DNA of 64,000 bases from Camelus ferus (lineage: Eukaryota): positions 51,648,001 to 51,712,000 of the forward strand of contig NC_045707.1 of the NCBI RefSeq assembly GCF_009834535.1, in the 5' to 3' direction. A program made the position numbers and the translations under genes. The notes under the pieces are model-generated. The model had not been told where the DNA came from and searched no databases. It was given only the letters and a program-made list of their open reading frames with translations. Position 1 is the first letter of the stretch. Every line of letters begins with the position of its first letter. Of the stretch, positions 12,511 through 26,410 are shown one piece after another.

Positions 12511-14319
12511 AAAAACTGTTTTTAATGTCACTCATTATAACAATAAATCTTGAAAGATTGCTTTTTCTCATAGAATTATAGAGTCTGTCTCTCTCAAATT
12601 AACTTTATCTGCATAAGCATTTACAAGGAATGGATGTTTCGCGATTTTGTGGGGTGAGGAGGAAAAGGGTTTGCATCACACATCACATACCAACCAAAAG
12701 AGTCCACTTTATACAACTGATTTTTTTTCCCTAAAGTTTCTTCTCTTGGCAACTGCCAACTGATATCTCTTGTCCTGCATAATTTCTTAGGTCCCCTTTA
12801 TTGGTCCTCAGATTTCAGTCCTAGTGATTAGTCTCTTTTCCACTTAGGACATTGAAAGTCCAGCAGTCCATTGACCCAGTCTCCCAAGGAACATATTTCA
12901 GCCATTGCCTGTATTTTCAAATTATGTTTCCCAGTGGTCTCACTGAGTCCCCTTTTCTTCTTTGCCTAACCAATACCCCAAGAGTCTTATCAAAACTTTC
13001 AGTCTAGGAAACATACCTCTTCTATAAGCAAATCAGCTGTTTTGATATTATATCACATGGTGGAAGGGATATGAGCTATACATTGACAAAACCTTGTAGA
13101 AGATAATTGAGTACAATATCTAAGTGTAACAATGTATTAAATCAGTAAGGTCACAACTTGGCATGAATTTGTGTATCATTTGTTCATTCTGTAAATTCTA
13201 ACTTGACATAGTTTATTAATCATGAATAATCTGTACTTTCTTCTAAAAATAGAATCATGTTTAAGAATATCCCCATATACCCACACTCACCCACATTTAC
13301 ACACACGACAAAACCATCCTATTGGGAAAAGAATACCTATTTTTGAATCTTTCTCCTTGACCTTATATCTATGTTCAATGCCTGCTTCAACCTATCCACC
13401 CCTGGCATCAAATGACCAAGTGGAACACTTCTTCGAGTCTTGATATCACAATACCACCTCCAACATTCACCTGCCTAGTATTCCCTTGATCTCATCCTTT
13501 TCTTTCCAAAATAATATCCAGTGGCTTTATAGATGCTATAAATATATTTATAGTGCTTGTGTATTTGTTGTTGTCTAATTCCTCCTCTAAAGTAAATCTA
13601 TTTACATTTCACTGAGTATGTTTGGAATGGTCAGGTTATAGCTGAGAATTTTAGGAATTTTGTGGGAGATCTTTTAGGTCAAATTTCCAATTTATGAGAT
13701 CATGACACACAGGCAGCCTACTTTAAGAGATAATGTGAAATGCTCCATTTAATTGAGATAGTTGGATGTGGCACCTTTTGACTGCAAGTGAGGGCAGCAA
13801 TTTAAAAGCTGGTAAAATTTAGGATCACAGACTACTTGGTTGAATTGAGAACTTGGCATACATTTTATTGTTGTAAATAATTTAAATACATTGTCTTATT
13901 ATAATGAAGTTGTTCAGAAATGTTCCACCATAATATAATTATTGCCTAGTCTGCATGTGGGTTGCTCTATACATATATTATTTTTCTACCTTTATTAAGC
14001 AATTTGTTCAACAAATTTTTGTTCTTATGAGATTTTGCTAATTTGGAGGATATAGTGATGATGAAAATATTGTTGCTGCATTTGTAGAGGTTCTTAATCT
14101 GTGCCCAAAAATGTAAACTAAACATTTGTTCTTTTCGTTATTCCTATACAAATTCAAAAATCCCTCATCTAAGACATTTGTACTAGAGTGAACCTTCAAA
14201 GTCAACCAATTTTCAAAGTATGCCAGTTAATTGTCAAGGAAATTAAGTGATAAAATTAATAGCACTGTAACAATGGGTTGCTAACGTAAGAAATATTGAT
14301 CCAAACCCATTTCATTAAA

Positions 14320-14465
14320 TCTCTTTTAATCCTCACAATCCTATGGATTTGGTACTGTTCCCATTTTACAGAAGAGGAAACTGAAGCAGAGTGATTAATT
14401 TGCTCAAGTTCGCTTTAAAGAAGCAAATGATCAAATGTGGCTTTCTTTTAAATCTCCTGGCTCCT
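14320..14465 (-). mobile_element. MIR SINE
   Basis: ttaatcctcacaatcctatg...cccattttacagaagaggaaactgaagcagag. Confidence 0.85.
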
Positions 14466-16747
14466 AAATCAAATTCTAAAAAAATACTCAGCAGGAGCCT
14501 TTTACTGGATCAAGGGAGTAACTTATTCCCATTTACACATTTTACAGCCATAGGAACCTTTAGAAAGAACAACTTACATACACAGTCTCTTTGGCCCTAA
14601 TGGATACTCACATTCTATTTTTTATTTTAATTTTATTCATGGTTTCTAGAGCTATGTTTACATGGAGGCTTTATTTTAGTATGCTCACAGATTACAAGTT
14701 TTGCAGTGATAATGTGTTCCTTGGTCAGTTAAGTTTGTTTTCCTTAATAAGAGAACTCTTGGATTCTCCAGTATGTTAATATATATATAGTGATTTCCCA
14801 AAAAAGAGATTATACTTTAAAGAGTTTTTTTATATTTATCCATATCCCCTCCCTAATTCTTTGTGTTTGCTTGTGGGCATATCTTAAAGGACTGGCATTC
14901 TCTGGCAGTGACTCCAGGAAAAAATGGACTAAACGACCTCAATTAAGATATTTGAGAAGACTGGTATAATGGATGTTGACTCTGTGAATATTAAAACATC
15001 TAACTTTAGTAATTCATAAAATGGGAGATGAACAAAACTTTTAAATATATAGAAAAATATAAAAGGAAAACATTTACAGAGTCTTCTGAGATCCATATTT
15101 AATGCTGGCATTTTTCTGATAAAATAATATCCCTGACTCCATTGCTCCTCCCCTTCTGCTGACATGTGAAGAAGCACACTAGCAAACCATGAGTAACTCT
15201 CCATTCCTGTAGTTCATCTACATTCATTTTTCTTCCCCTATTATCACTCTTTTCCAATAATTATGACTTGAAAATGTGAAGTCCAGAGGAGCAACTGCCT
15301 TAAACCAAAGCACTGTGAATGCATTTGTTTCAATGATCCATTGCTTTTTAATGAAATTAGTGGCAAATATTTTGTGCCATTTTTAACCCACCAAAGTATT
15401 TTTTTCTTGCACATTTTACTTTTCAGTGAGGATTCTAACATGTAGATTTTTAAAGAAATGCTATGTCACAATTGCCTCAACCTTTTTGATAATTTAATGT
15501 ATCTTGAATCATTATTTTAGATTAAATATCTACTTCTAATAGAAAAAAAGCATGTGAGGATGATATAGAAAATGTAAACAAAGTGACATCAGATAAAACA
15601 TGGAGGAAGTCATTTATATGATTTCAATTAATACTCATAATTTATCACCAATTGTTGTCAGTTCCAATATATCTAAGTCAAATGCTCAAGCACCTTTATT
15701 TTTTATTTCCTTGGCAGAATGAGTGAAAAATAAAAGATGGTAAATAATCTGTTTCTGTTTGGGAAAAATTTGGTACTCGTTTAACTGAATGAAGTCTCTT
15801 AATGATGATGAAATATGTAATTTCCTCTCCTATTTTGTTTTAATCCCGTTCCTGTCAAATATTTCTAATAGTAAAACCTAGAGTGATATAAAGATTTGAT
15901 TAGCTTACTGTACTTCACATCAGACTTAAATTTCTGTAGATTTTTCTAATATACAGATTCAATAGATACTGATGATAAGCAATTAGCTTTAGCAAATGAA
16001 TCTCTTTTCTGTAGTTGGTTGATTGGTCCCATATGCTATTATTCCTGAAATGAAAATGTTTCATTATCTGGGCAGCATCGTGAAGAGAATACACAGCTCT
16101 ACCAAAAGACACTACATCACTTGACCCCAAATTTGAGCCCATTTTAATTCCATGGACTGTGCTCTCCTGAGTGACTCTGTAGGCATTTGTTTCTGAAGAA
16201 TGTAAAAAAAATATAAAGAAAAGAAAAAGAAATTGTCTGTGGTTAATGATCTTTGCTAACTACATCTAAACGCAGCCAAGTTCTTGCCTTGGTGAGTTAA
16301 ATGCGATGAAGGGAGGGAATGGTCATGTCTGTGTGTGGCTTCAGTTTGTCTGAGGTGTTACTCATGACAGTGAGCAGTGAAGGATGGATTTCCTCAGAAG
16401 GCTTTAACAAAATGTTATATGCCTTGGAGGCTGTCCCAGTGGTGTCTTATAGAAATGTGGTCAGGGGTCTTGCCATTTCAAAGAGAAAACTTCTGAAACT
16501 CACAGTGGAAAGAGAATTTCACATCTTTGTGTTGTTTGTATGTCTCAAACCAATGTTCTGAATTGTGTTTCTTCTCAACGATATTCTTTTTGTCTTTACA
16601 AAAGAGCCTGCTCCTTTCCTTCTATGAAAGCAATTTTCACCTTACTTTTTTCAGCAGGGCTTTAAATGTTACTTTGGTTAAATAATTACTCTTTGGTAAT
16701 TTTCTGATACTTCTAAATGTATCCTTTATAGTTATTTTCTAAGACTT

Positions 16748-17190
16748 TGCATAAGTTAGCTTTTTGTTGCTTAACAAACCACCTCAAATATTTAGTTGTT
16801 CCAAGTAACAATTGCTGATTATTTCTCGTGAGTCTCTGGATGTACTGGTTTAGATCAGGCTCAGCTGACCTCGACTAGGCTTACTTAGGTGTGTGCCGTT
16901 ACCTCATGACAGGTGGGGGGCTGCCTGGTCTTGGATGACCTTTGCTAGGTACACTCAGTTCACCTTCACATGATAATCATGTCAGTCTACTGGCTAGCCT
17001 GGAAACATGTTCATAGCGGTGGCAGGGGTCCATGAAAGGAAGGTGGATTGTGTAAGGGTTAATTTATACCCTACTTGCATGAAGTTTGCTACTGTCCCAC
17101 TAGCTGAAGTAGTCAAATGGCCAGGCCCGGAATCAGTGGAGGAAGGAGAGGCTACTACCAAAGGCACAGATATAGGAAGGCATGAAACAT
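16748..17190 (-). mobile_element. MaLR LTR (MLT1H-like)
   Basis: gcttaacaaaccacctcaaa...ggctcagctg...gctagcctgg..catgttcatagcggtggcaggg...caaaggcacagatatagga. Confidence 0.7.
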
Positions 17191-17269
17191 GCTGTCCTTC
17201 AGTGCCTTTTACCATAAACTTTATCTAAATAAAACAGAAATGTTAACAAAAACTAACATATAAAGGTAC

Positions 17270-17640
17270 CCATTGCAAGTATCATTAAAATATGGAAATA
17301 ATGAAAATAAAATTAAGGGACTGTTAAAAATAAATGATGATATATCCATATAATCAATATTATGCAGTCATTGGAAAAATGTTTTAGAAAAATATGAATA
17401 ACATGGGAAATATTCCTAATATTTTAAGTGACAAGTAAGATAAAAAAACTGTATGTGCAGTAAAGTCTAACAGTTAGAAGTATATATATATGGAGAGAGA
17501 GAGAGGAATTGCCAAATGCTAATACTAATTAGCTATAGATGGTGAATACATAAAATGTTTATTTTAAAAGTCATTTTCCTTATTTCCCAAATTTTTCCTA
17601 ATTTAGTATGTTGTATAATTGGAAAATAATATAAAACAAA
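17270..17640 (+). mobile_element. Old L1ME 3' fragment
   Basis: aaataaatgatgatatatccatataat..aatattatgcagtcatt..aaaatg. Confidence 0.6.
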
Positions 17641-17659
17641 CATGATATAAATAGTAGCC

Positions 17660-18282
17660 TGTGGTAGGAATCTATAAATTCTACGATGTCACCTACAGTT
17701 TCTGCCCTCTGATACATGCCCTGTGTATAATTGCTTCCCTTTGCATGTTAAGAGGGATGGTTTATTACAGATGTCACTCTCATGATTAGATTACATTATA
17801 TGATAAAATTGGAGGATTTCAAAATGTAATTAAGGCCCCAAATCAGTTGATTTTGAGTTAATCAAAAGTAAGATTATTGTGGGTGGGTCTGAGCAAATCA
17901 GATGAGCCATTAAAAGGGATTGGGCCTTTTCTGGAAAAAAAAAAAAATTAAAGCATCAGAAAGATTCTCCTGCTGGTTTTAAAAAAGTAATATGCCATAC
18001 TGTGAGAGGTCCATGTGGCTAGGATTTGAAGGTATCCTCTAGGAGCTGAAAAAGTTCCTCTCTAAATGAAAATTAGGACTTTAGTCCCACAGCCCTAAGG
18101 AACTGAATTCCGCACACATTAATGAGCTTAGAAGAGGATCTAAAACCTCAGAGCAGATTGCAACACTGAATGATGCTTGTCCCAGACTCTGGGCCCACGG
18201 AAACTGTGAGATAATAAATGTGTTTTGTCTTAAGGTGCTAAGTGTGTGGTAATTTGCTATGCAGCAATAGAAAACTAATACA
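17660..18282 (+). mobile_element. MaLR solo LTR (MLT1E-like), full length
   Basis: tgtggtagg start; gtaattaaggccccaaatcagttgattttgagttaatcaaaag; gaaactgtgagataataaatgtg; ends gcagcaatagaaaactaataca. Confidence 0.9.
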
Positions 18283-19639
18283 TGGCTCTTTAGAGCCAAC
18301 ATCCTTTTGCTTTTTCATTTCCTAGGCTTTCTAGGTATTGTTGCAAGTAACAGTATATCACTCAAAACCACGCCACCATCACAGACACATTTGATTAGCA
18401 TTATTGTGCATATTCATTCTTACAACCTCTCAAAAGGACAATTTAACATCAGTTATTTGTGAAGTGAAAGTTTTGAGATTTAAGTTAGTGCTTCATGGAC
18501 AGTCACGTAGAAAATTAAGTAGAACAATGGAGTCTTGAAACTAACAGGTTGTTCAACTATCACAGATGTAGAATTGTATTGGGTGGCTCAATCAATGTTT
18601 GATTAAACAATATGTGATAAAGAATGTTTCCAGGCTCATAATTAGCAACATAAACTTTCAGCAAATTTAGAGCTATGTAGATATTTTTCATATGACTAAT
18701 GTGAAAAACCATCACAAATGACTGTAACAACCCAGCTTTTGCCAATGTATAATCCTTGGTGTCCCTTCTCTCTTCATTATCCCTGGCAGGTAGTTATCTT
18801 TTCCTCTAAGCCACAGCTTAAAATCCAAATAATTTTTGAGACAGTACTCTAGGCAACTATACTGAATCTATCTGATTTGTCCTGGGAAGTAAAATCAATT
18901 TTCCCTTGAGAACATAATATTTACTCCATGATTTAAATAGCCTAAGTTTTTCTAATGCATTTCAGCAATTGAAGACTAACTAGACAAAATCTGTTTTCAT
19001 CCATTTTCATTACAACTTTAAAATGAACTAATAGAATGTGTTATAATAAGGTTCAAAACAAAAGTTAGCATGTATGAGAAAATGGCATAAGTATATTATG
19101 TTGATTCATTTTTCCTGATGATTTACTTAATCCCAAAGTGGCTGAATACTCTTGTAGCTATAACAATGAACTTGGGCAGGGCCACAACCATGTTATCATA
19201 ACAAGACTGACTCCATGTGAATTTTTGGACAAATTTCAGTGGTTCTTCCAGAGGCTTTAAGTTGTTGCAGACGAACTTTTCACCTCTGTTTTTTCAGAGT
19301 CCCATTGTGAACTTGGCTTAGTTGAGCATGAGGAATTTTAATTTAGAGAGGGGTCAAGGTGATTTCTTTTTGGGAATGGTGTCAAGTCTAAAGTGTTAGT
19401 TTTAAAATCAAGGGATTGCTTGCTTTCGCCCCCCATATACTTTCCTCTACTCCGCCTCCCAAAGGTCCTTGTCACCTATGTCTCCCATCCTGTTATCATT
19501 GGCTCCAGGAAACCACATCCCCAAAAGGAGGATTTTTGGTTTTGAAGTAAACTGAAGGCAGTCTCCATGTTGTAGATAGATTTAATTTGTATACCAGAAA
19601 CTCTTGCAAATTCATTTCTTTTTTCCATCGAAAAGAAAG

Positions 19640-19850
19640 CATGAGAGCAAAGAGGTTATTAACTTCGGATTTAGACAAAACTAAGATTGAATTCAGACTC
19701 TATGATTTTTAATGGTGTAATATTCTGTAAGTTGCCAGATGTCTCTGTCTTTTCCCTTAAAATCTGTAAAAGTAAAAACACTGACAACCCTAAAATAATA
19801 CAACATGAATGTGATTACCTGGTATGTAGCAGGTGCTCAATAAATTGTAC
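19640..19850 (+). mobile_element. MIR SINE
   Basis: ttgaattcagactct...atctgtaaaa...cctggtatgtagcaggtgctcaataaatt. Confidence 0.6.
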
Positions 19851-20129
19851 TTCTGTTCCATTTCCCAGTCTCCACAATCAGGGATTGAATGCCAGACAAT
19901 TCCATTTTCCAAAACCATTTGCTGTCTGAACCAGCTGGTCCACATTCACAATCCCCACATTCCAGTCAGACAAACTTCTACCTACTGGTTGAAGATTTCA
20001 CCTTTGTGACACTATCATTTTTATTCATCATGTCACTTCACTTTCAACTACTTTTCATCCTCTTGCTCCCTTTGCCAACAATGGCTTCTGGTTGGTGGTA
20101 AACAATCCAATCTAGGGAATCGTCTTAGT

Positions 20130-20340
20130 TAGTAATAGTAATAATAACAATAATTTAAAATAATACTTAAATGAACATTTATTGAGAATTTGCCATGAGT
20201 CAGGTAATCATATGTAATGACTAATCAATTGCTCAAAGCAACCTTTTGACATAGATTGTATTATTATTCCCACTTTATGGATGAGGAAACAGAAGCACAG
20301 AAAAGAGTATCTGGTCCAAATGAGAAATTACAGAGCCGGA
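20130..20340 (-). mobile_element. MIR SINE
   Basis: aacatttattgag...attattattcccactttatggatgaggaaacagaagcacag. Confidence 0.75.
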
Positions 20341-21189
20341 CTATAAGTAAGAGTGTAAATAAAATAGAAATTCTCGGGATTAGAATTTCCATGGAGATTT
20401 AAAAAATAACTAGACACATTAAAATATTTTTAAAAGCCAGACTCATATATAAAGCTCATAAAATGTAATGATAACTGAAATGAGTTACTATATTTGGGAA
20501 AAGAAATTCAGCTTAATATTATTATACTCTTTGTCATACCTCACATATAGATACATCATCTTGTTTGTAAACATTCAATATGTTTGAAAATTGAAAACAT
20601 TCCAGAGAATGATGTGTGTGTATATATGTGTGTGTGTGTATGCATGTCCATGGTTTATACATAGACAAATAATTTTAACAATATAGAAATCAGACTTAGA
20701 CATAGTATAACATTTAAGAACCAAATCAAATTTTCAAGGATTATTTGGCATTTCAAATTCTAAAACATATAGTCCAGTATGAAAATATGTCTCATTATAG
20801 TTATCAGTTACTTACTAATAATACCATTGTATTTGAACAGGGCAGTTTTATTTTAAAGGGACAATTTAATTGTATCCAACGTATTTCCAAAATTTGTGTA
20901 TCCTTCCCTTTATCTCTAGAGAATATTGATTTAATACCCATTCAATCATCTGTGGAAAGTCTAAATCTCAAAAAAGGCATTATAATTTCCAAATATAGGA
21001 GAAATAATTAGCATTCTTACAACCTTTTGCTTCTGAGTTCCTATTCCAGGGAACTAAGTCAACTTAAAGATTGTTTTATCATCTCAAGCACATAATTTCT
21101 CTTCTACTATGTTGACCTGAATATGGAATTCTGCCATTTTCTTTAATTTCTCCAAAATAGCAATATGCCCCTCCAAACACACATATCCC

Positions 21190-21630
21190 ATTTCATTAAT
21201 TCTTTCAACAAATATTAATGAAACCTACAAAATGAACCATGTACTATGTGGGAGCAGGGATGTAAGCAAGAAGGACAAACTACCTTACGTCACAACTCTA
21301 GTGGCTTATAACCAATATATATTAAACAAGAAAACATAAAACAGTGGTACATATTCTTAAAATACAAAGTAGTGTGCATTTGGGGACAGGATGATGAGAG
21401 GAGGAGGAGTTCATTTTCCTTTACAATAAATGGACAGAGAAGGCTATTTTGTGGAAATTTTATTTATTGAATCAGACTTACATGTTTTGAAAGATTATTC
21501 AGGCTACTGAGTATAGAAGTAGTAGAGAGATCAGTCAGGTGGCTCTTGTCAAGGTGAATGATGATGGTGGCCTAGTGAGGGAGATGGCAGGGAAAATCAT
21601 GAGACTGACCTATTTGGACTATCCTTTAGA
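21190..21630 (-). mobile_element. L2 fragments
   Basis: ttcattaattctttcaacaaatattaatg; aaagattattcaggctactgagtatagaag...gatggtggcctag. Confidence 0.55.
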
Positions 21631-21631
21631 G

Positions 21632-21781
21632 CAGTTATTGTCAAAGTGTAGACCCTAACCAGCAGTGCCAGGACACACTCTAGATTTGCTGAATCAAAAG
21701 CTCTGGTAATAAATCCTGGCATCCTGTTTTAAAAAGTTCCCCAGGCAATTCTGATGAATGCTAAAATTTGAAACCCACTAG
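21632..21781. mobile_element. MER5A-like hAT element
   Basis: cagttattgtcaaagtgt..accagcag; tgctgaatcaaaagctctgg; ccccaggcaattctgatg..tgctaaaatttgaaacccact. Confidence 0.75.
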
Positions 21782-23175
21782 TTGACAAGACATGAAGAAG
21801 GTAAATAAACCAAAGAAAAGAATCAAGATGATTAACTTCTAGTTTTGCTTGTTCGTTTTTAGAGGAGAGACTGTACTCACTCCAGAAGAATTAAAGCAGA
21901 TGAGAAATTTCTCTCTTTGCAATTAAATAACTTCAGAAGCAGCGTTGGCTATCTAGCTAAAAGTTCTTTGGCCATTTCTGCAACTCAGATTTTGGTGTAC
22001 CAGTGCAGTGTTTGACTCCTCTCTTAGTTTCTTCCTCTCTCCTCTCTTTTCTCTTGTCTGCTCTCTCTACTTCCAGTTTCTGCTCATTTTAATTTGTAAC
22101 AGTTTCCCTCCTCCTTGGCTCATCCAAACTATGCATTAAAAGCTAAAAACCTAACTAATTTTCTTTTCTTCAATATAAATTTCTAAACAAACACAATTTT
22201 TTCACCCCCACTGACTGAAAAAGTCAATTTGCCTTGCAAAGATTTGAACGTATCTTAGAATAATTTCAGTGATAACTGGATTATTCTAAAAATTAAAATA
22301 AAATTTTGAAAAACTGAAAAACTTGAATGTTGCCAAAGACATACATTAGGAACATTAAAATTACTGGCACTTCTGAGGGTTTTTCATGTCCATTTGTTTA
22401 GGACTTCAAACTAAGAGTATAATTTCAATTCAGAAATTTCATTGCTATTCAAATGAATTTTCATGCACCTTCTCTTAAAAGTCTTACACCAAAACAATAA
22501 TAATTCCATTCCATTTTTTACAAATTGTTTTTTTCAAATTGTGATGTCAAATGTTTCTATTATACTTTAAAATCCTGTACAGAATTGAAAGCTTAATAAT
22601 TTATTATTTAACAATAAAATTTTTCCTTTATTTTACTGCAACAATATTGTACCTCTTTTTAATCTTGATGTGATAGCACTGTACAACAAAATTCTTTTCT
22701 TTTAGAACTGTTGTTCTTTTATAAGAATGCTGCTCTATTAATCATAAGTGTGGCAGCTCAATGCTTGGATTGCAGCATAAAATGTAATTTATTAAAATCT
22801 GTTCCAGGCAGATCTGAGACAAGGAGTTCAGTATTTATTAATGCTTTCTCCATTTTAGGCTTAGAGAAAGCTGAGTTAAATACAGTAAAACTTGTGGCAC
22901 TGTCTTCATGTTCATTTTTTGAGGCACAAAAAGAAGTCTCTATCATCTAAAATAGACTAAAATAAAAGTCAGCTGCTGAAGGCTTGACATTTTTGTGTTC
23001 TTTATCTTCTAGAGAATTGCCCTTATAATTAAGTGCTAAGCCAAGGTACTTCTTTAGGACAGTGGAATGGTCTTACACAACTTTGGTTCTGCATGGTCCA
23101 GACCAGGTGACCGAGCTGAATTAGATGAACTAATAAGACCATCTTCTTTGGGTTTTTCTTGCATATATAGGTGTG

Positions 23176-23204
23176 TATGTGCGTGTGTGTGTGTGTGTGT
23201 GTGT
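23176..23204. repeat. (TG)n microsatellite
   Basis: tatgtgcgtgtgtgtgtgtgtgtgtgtgt. Confidence 0.9.
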
Positions 23205-23539
23205 AATGTGAAGGTGATTTACTGTATTTTTTGGTAGATTGATTATTTGCATGTGTATTAAATATATATATTTTTTATTTCTGATAAGCAATATGGGAAA
23301 AAGATAATTTGTTGAAAGTAATAAACTGTTAATGACTGTTTTCAAAATAATTAGCTGCTCTTCAGAATTCAACTTTTCTGTTTTCAAATTAGTCTGTACA
23401 TTTTTACAAAATATAAGAATCCTTAACAGTTCTTCTAGCATTATTTCATTTTTTTCTCTAGCATTATTTTAAAAACAAAAAATAAATAAAAATCTTTAAA
23501 AGCATCCCAGTATCTACCTACTAAAGATTATGATGACTC

Positions 23540-24045
23540 TGTAGTAGGTCACTCAAGCCAAACGACTTCCCAGAACTTCCTTCCATCTATGGTTCTTGTT
23601 AAGATGGGCCGCAGGAGAGATTTTTACAAGATTTTGGAGAAGGAGTGGAGGTAGCAATCATTCTGTACCATTGTTGCTCATCTGTGGATTCACCTTGTTG
23701 GTGTGAAGGAGCATTTGGACCAAATATGTGTATTTGGCTCGGAGGCTTTTACAGGTTGCCCTGGTCACAAAGATAAGAGGCAACAAGAATGGACATGGGA
23801 TTCAGACAGCCCTTGGGAAATTCTAGCTCATGCTCATAAAAGTCCAGTCTGTTCCTGATCTTCCCTTCCTGACTGCTGCCCTGTAGACTTCACGCTCCAG
23901 CATCAGAAGTGGAGACAGCCTTGCAGAGACTGTTGAAGCCAGTCCCTCCCCTCCAAAGTTTGTAGGCAAATTCCCTGAAATAATGTATGTGTGTGTGCAT
24001 GCGTGTGTGTGTATGTATTTCTTAGTGGTTGACTTCTGGTAGATA
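23540..24045 (+). mobile_element. ERVL-type LTR (LTR41/MLT2-like)
   Basis: tgtagtagg start; cttcccagaacttcc..tatggttct; ctgccctgtagacttca; caaattccctgaaataa followed by TG-rich stretch. Confidence 0.55.
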
Positions 24046-24549
24046 CAAGGTCCCAAACTTCTTTTCTTGTTCATCAAGCACTTAATCTATCTTACACTTG
24101 GGTTTAAGTCTCATACCCTTGCACAGTTCTCCACACAATATAAAATTAACCAGGATTAGCTACTTGTCATTACAGAAACAGGCCAAGATCTCCTATAACT
24201 TCATTAGTCTGGGTTTTTACTTTACCCCCATACTACCCATATGGCACCTATCAAAATATAATTTGTTAGTGATGGTGGTGGTTGTATTTTTGTTTGTTGT
24301 TTTTTTGTGGGGGGGTATTTTTTCAGTATAAATAATTTCTTCCTCTGAATTACACTATTCTAGGGGTTGCTTACTTCTCCACTCAACCTCTAATGGTAAA
24401 TACCTTTGGAGTATGGCCTGCATAGAATCTTTGTTTTTCTTTCCATGCAACATTGAACACAGTCACATGCCCGTTAAGTCCTTAATAAATAACTGTTGGA
24501 TCAAAGTGAATCTGTCAAAAATGATATAGAGTCTGAGATTTTATCCTAC

Positions 24550-24941
24550 TTCTAAGCTAATGAGTTACCCTGCCACAGTTTCATAGATCCTAGCAGAAAG
24601 CCAGAGACCCATGGGATAGAGACAAAGGAGTTTATGACTCACAATACAGCAGACAGCATGTACTTTATGTTTGCATCAAACACTTATTGCCCCATGGTCC
24701 TATGGATGCTGTACAACAATGGTCTGCATCATAGCTGTGAAATCATGTTTTTCCCAATCTTATTATGGAGGGACAAAGACATTATATTATTCTGGTCAGA
24801 AAACAAATGAGCCCACTGATTCATAGGGAGACTATTTATATCCTCTCAGGTTGCTTTCTATGCAAACATTCTTGAAAAGATAATCTAGATCAAAATTGTC
24901 ATACAATGTGTGGAAACACTATGGAGAATTCACTCCCAACA
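24550..24941 (-). mobile_element. LTR40-like ERVL LTR
   Basis: Reverse complement begins tgttgggagtgaattctccatag; tgcaaacattcttgaaaagata; gagacaaaggagtttatgactcac. Confidence 0.7.
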
Positions 24942-26214
24942 GAATCATCTACTGGAAAACAGTAAAACTCAGTGAAACGGCATTTTGAATATCCTTTATA
25001 TTTAAAATGTAGCTATGTTTTCTTACAATACAGTATTTTCTATAGATCTCATCCCCAAATATTTATAGCCTGGTACAAAATTGGCTCATAGTCTATAATT
25101 AAGTACCATTGAATTTGGCACTTCTTCCTACTTTAAAAGCATATTGCAAATCACATACTATTAATCTCCATGGAGATAGCTGAGCTGCCAATCACTTCTT
25201 AAGTCTGCAAAAACTTCAGTGGACTATGGGGAAGAAATTGGAGCATTTGGGAGTATACAAAAAAGATTCATTTAGCTGAATTGAGTTATATATTTCCAGC
25301 ACCAGTGAGTGGAAATAGAAGTTCATATATATTTCAGTCCAGTATGCAAAAGTTTGTCTCTTTGTCACAATACAAATCAGACAGAGAACCAATTCTTTTT
25401 TCTTTTTCTTTATTTCCTCCAAGTTAGCCCTCTTTATTCTACTTGGGTTTTTAAATCATGTTAAAGTTTCAGTACCTAAATATTTCATTTCCATTTCAGT
25501 TCCAAAGGTTCATCAATTTTAAAGATGGATTATAAATCTATATCAAGTTGTTCCTGGGAGATATGGTGACCAAAGTAGCTTGCTTGAGATGTACATCCAA
25601 TTTCATTCTTTTGCTATGCTAAATTTTATAACCAGTGTATTCCAAAGGGATGAAAGAAATATGGCACTTGTAGTGAAGGGTTGAAGAAGTAAACTATTTT
25701 AAATACATGGTTGACATGGTTGATAGTTAACTGTTAGGAATGAGGTAAAATAGCAATGAAAAGCACATTTCTAGAAAAGCCAAACCATGAAAAAAATTTA
25801 TATATATTCTAAGCCTGCTTATAATAGCCAGCAGTTTGACATTTTTTTTTTTTTACATACGGATTTATGTAGAAAACATCAACTAATTTTATGATTTTAG
25901 AGGAAATCTGTGTGTGAAGGAAAGGGTTAAACTGAGTAAACCCTTAAATAAAAGTTTATCTGACTGTATGGTATAATCATATATATTACCTGATTTTTGT
26001 CTTTATGTCAATTTTACTTGATATGCAAAGAATTATGGAAACCTTTATTTTATTGCTATTAAAATGAATTCAGAGAGTTTCTGTGTTTTTCCCAACATTA
26101 CAGGGCTATTAAGTAATAGTGTTTTTACTAGAGGTCAGCATTTCTTGCTCAGGGTTATTTTCACAATATTATAAATTCATTTTCATTAATAACATCTATC
26201 ATTTAGTAATCAGT

Positions 26215-26410
26215 CAATATGTATCTGGCATTGTGTAAGGAGTTTTGGTTGGTTTATCTCATTTAATTTCCATAGCATCTCTATCAATAAGGTCAATTAT
26301 TATTTTCCTTATATCCAATTACTTGGATAAAATTATAGCTATTAATTTTACAAGGTCACAGAGAAAGTAAAAGCTCAAACCTATGTATTTCAGAATCTGG
26401 AGTCTTCACT
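26215..26410 (-). mobile_element. MIR SINE
   Basis: ctggcattgtgtaagg...tatctcatttaatt...caaggtcacagag. Confidence 0.55.

Noticed and set aside
25921..25945. Short hairpin aagggtt...aaccctt as an RNA element or terminator
   Set aside because: 7-bp stems are frequent by chance; no miRNA-length stem
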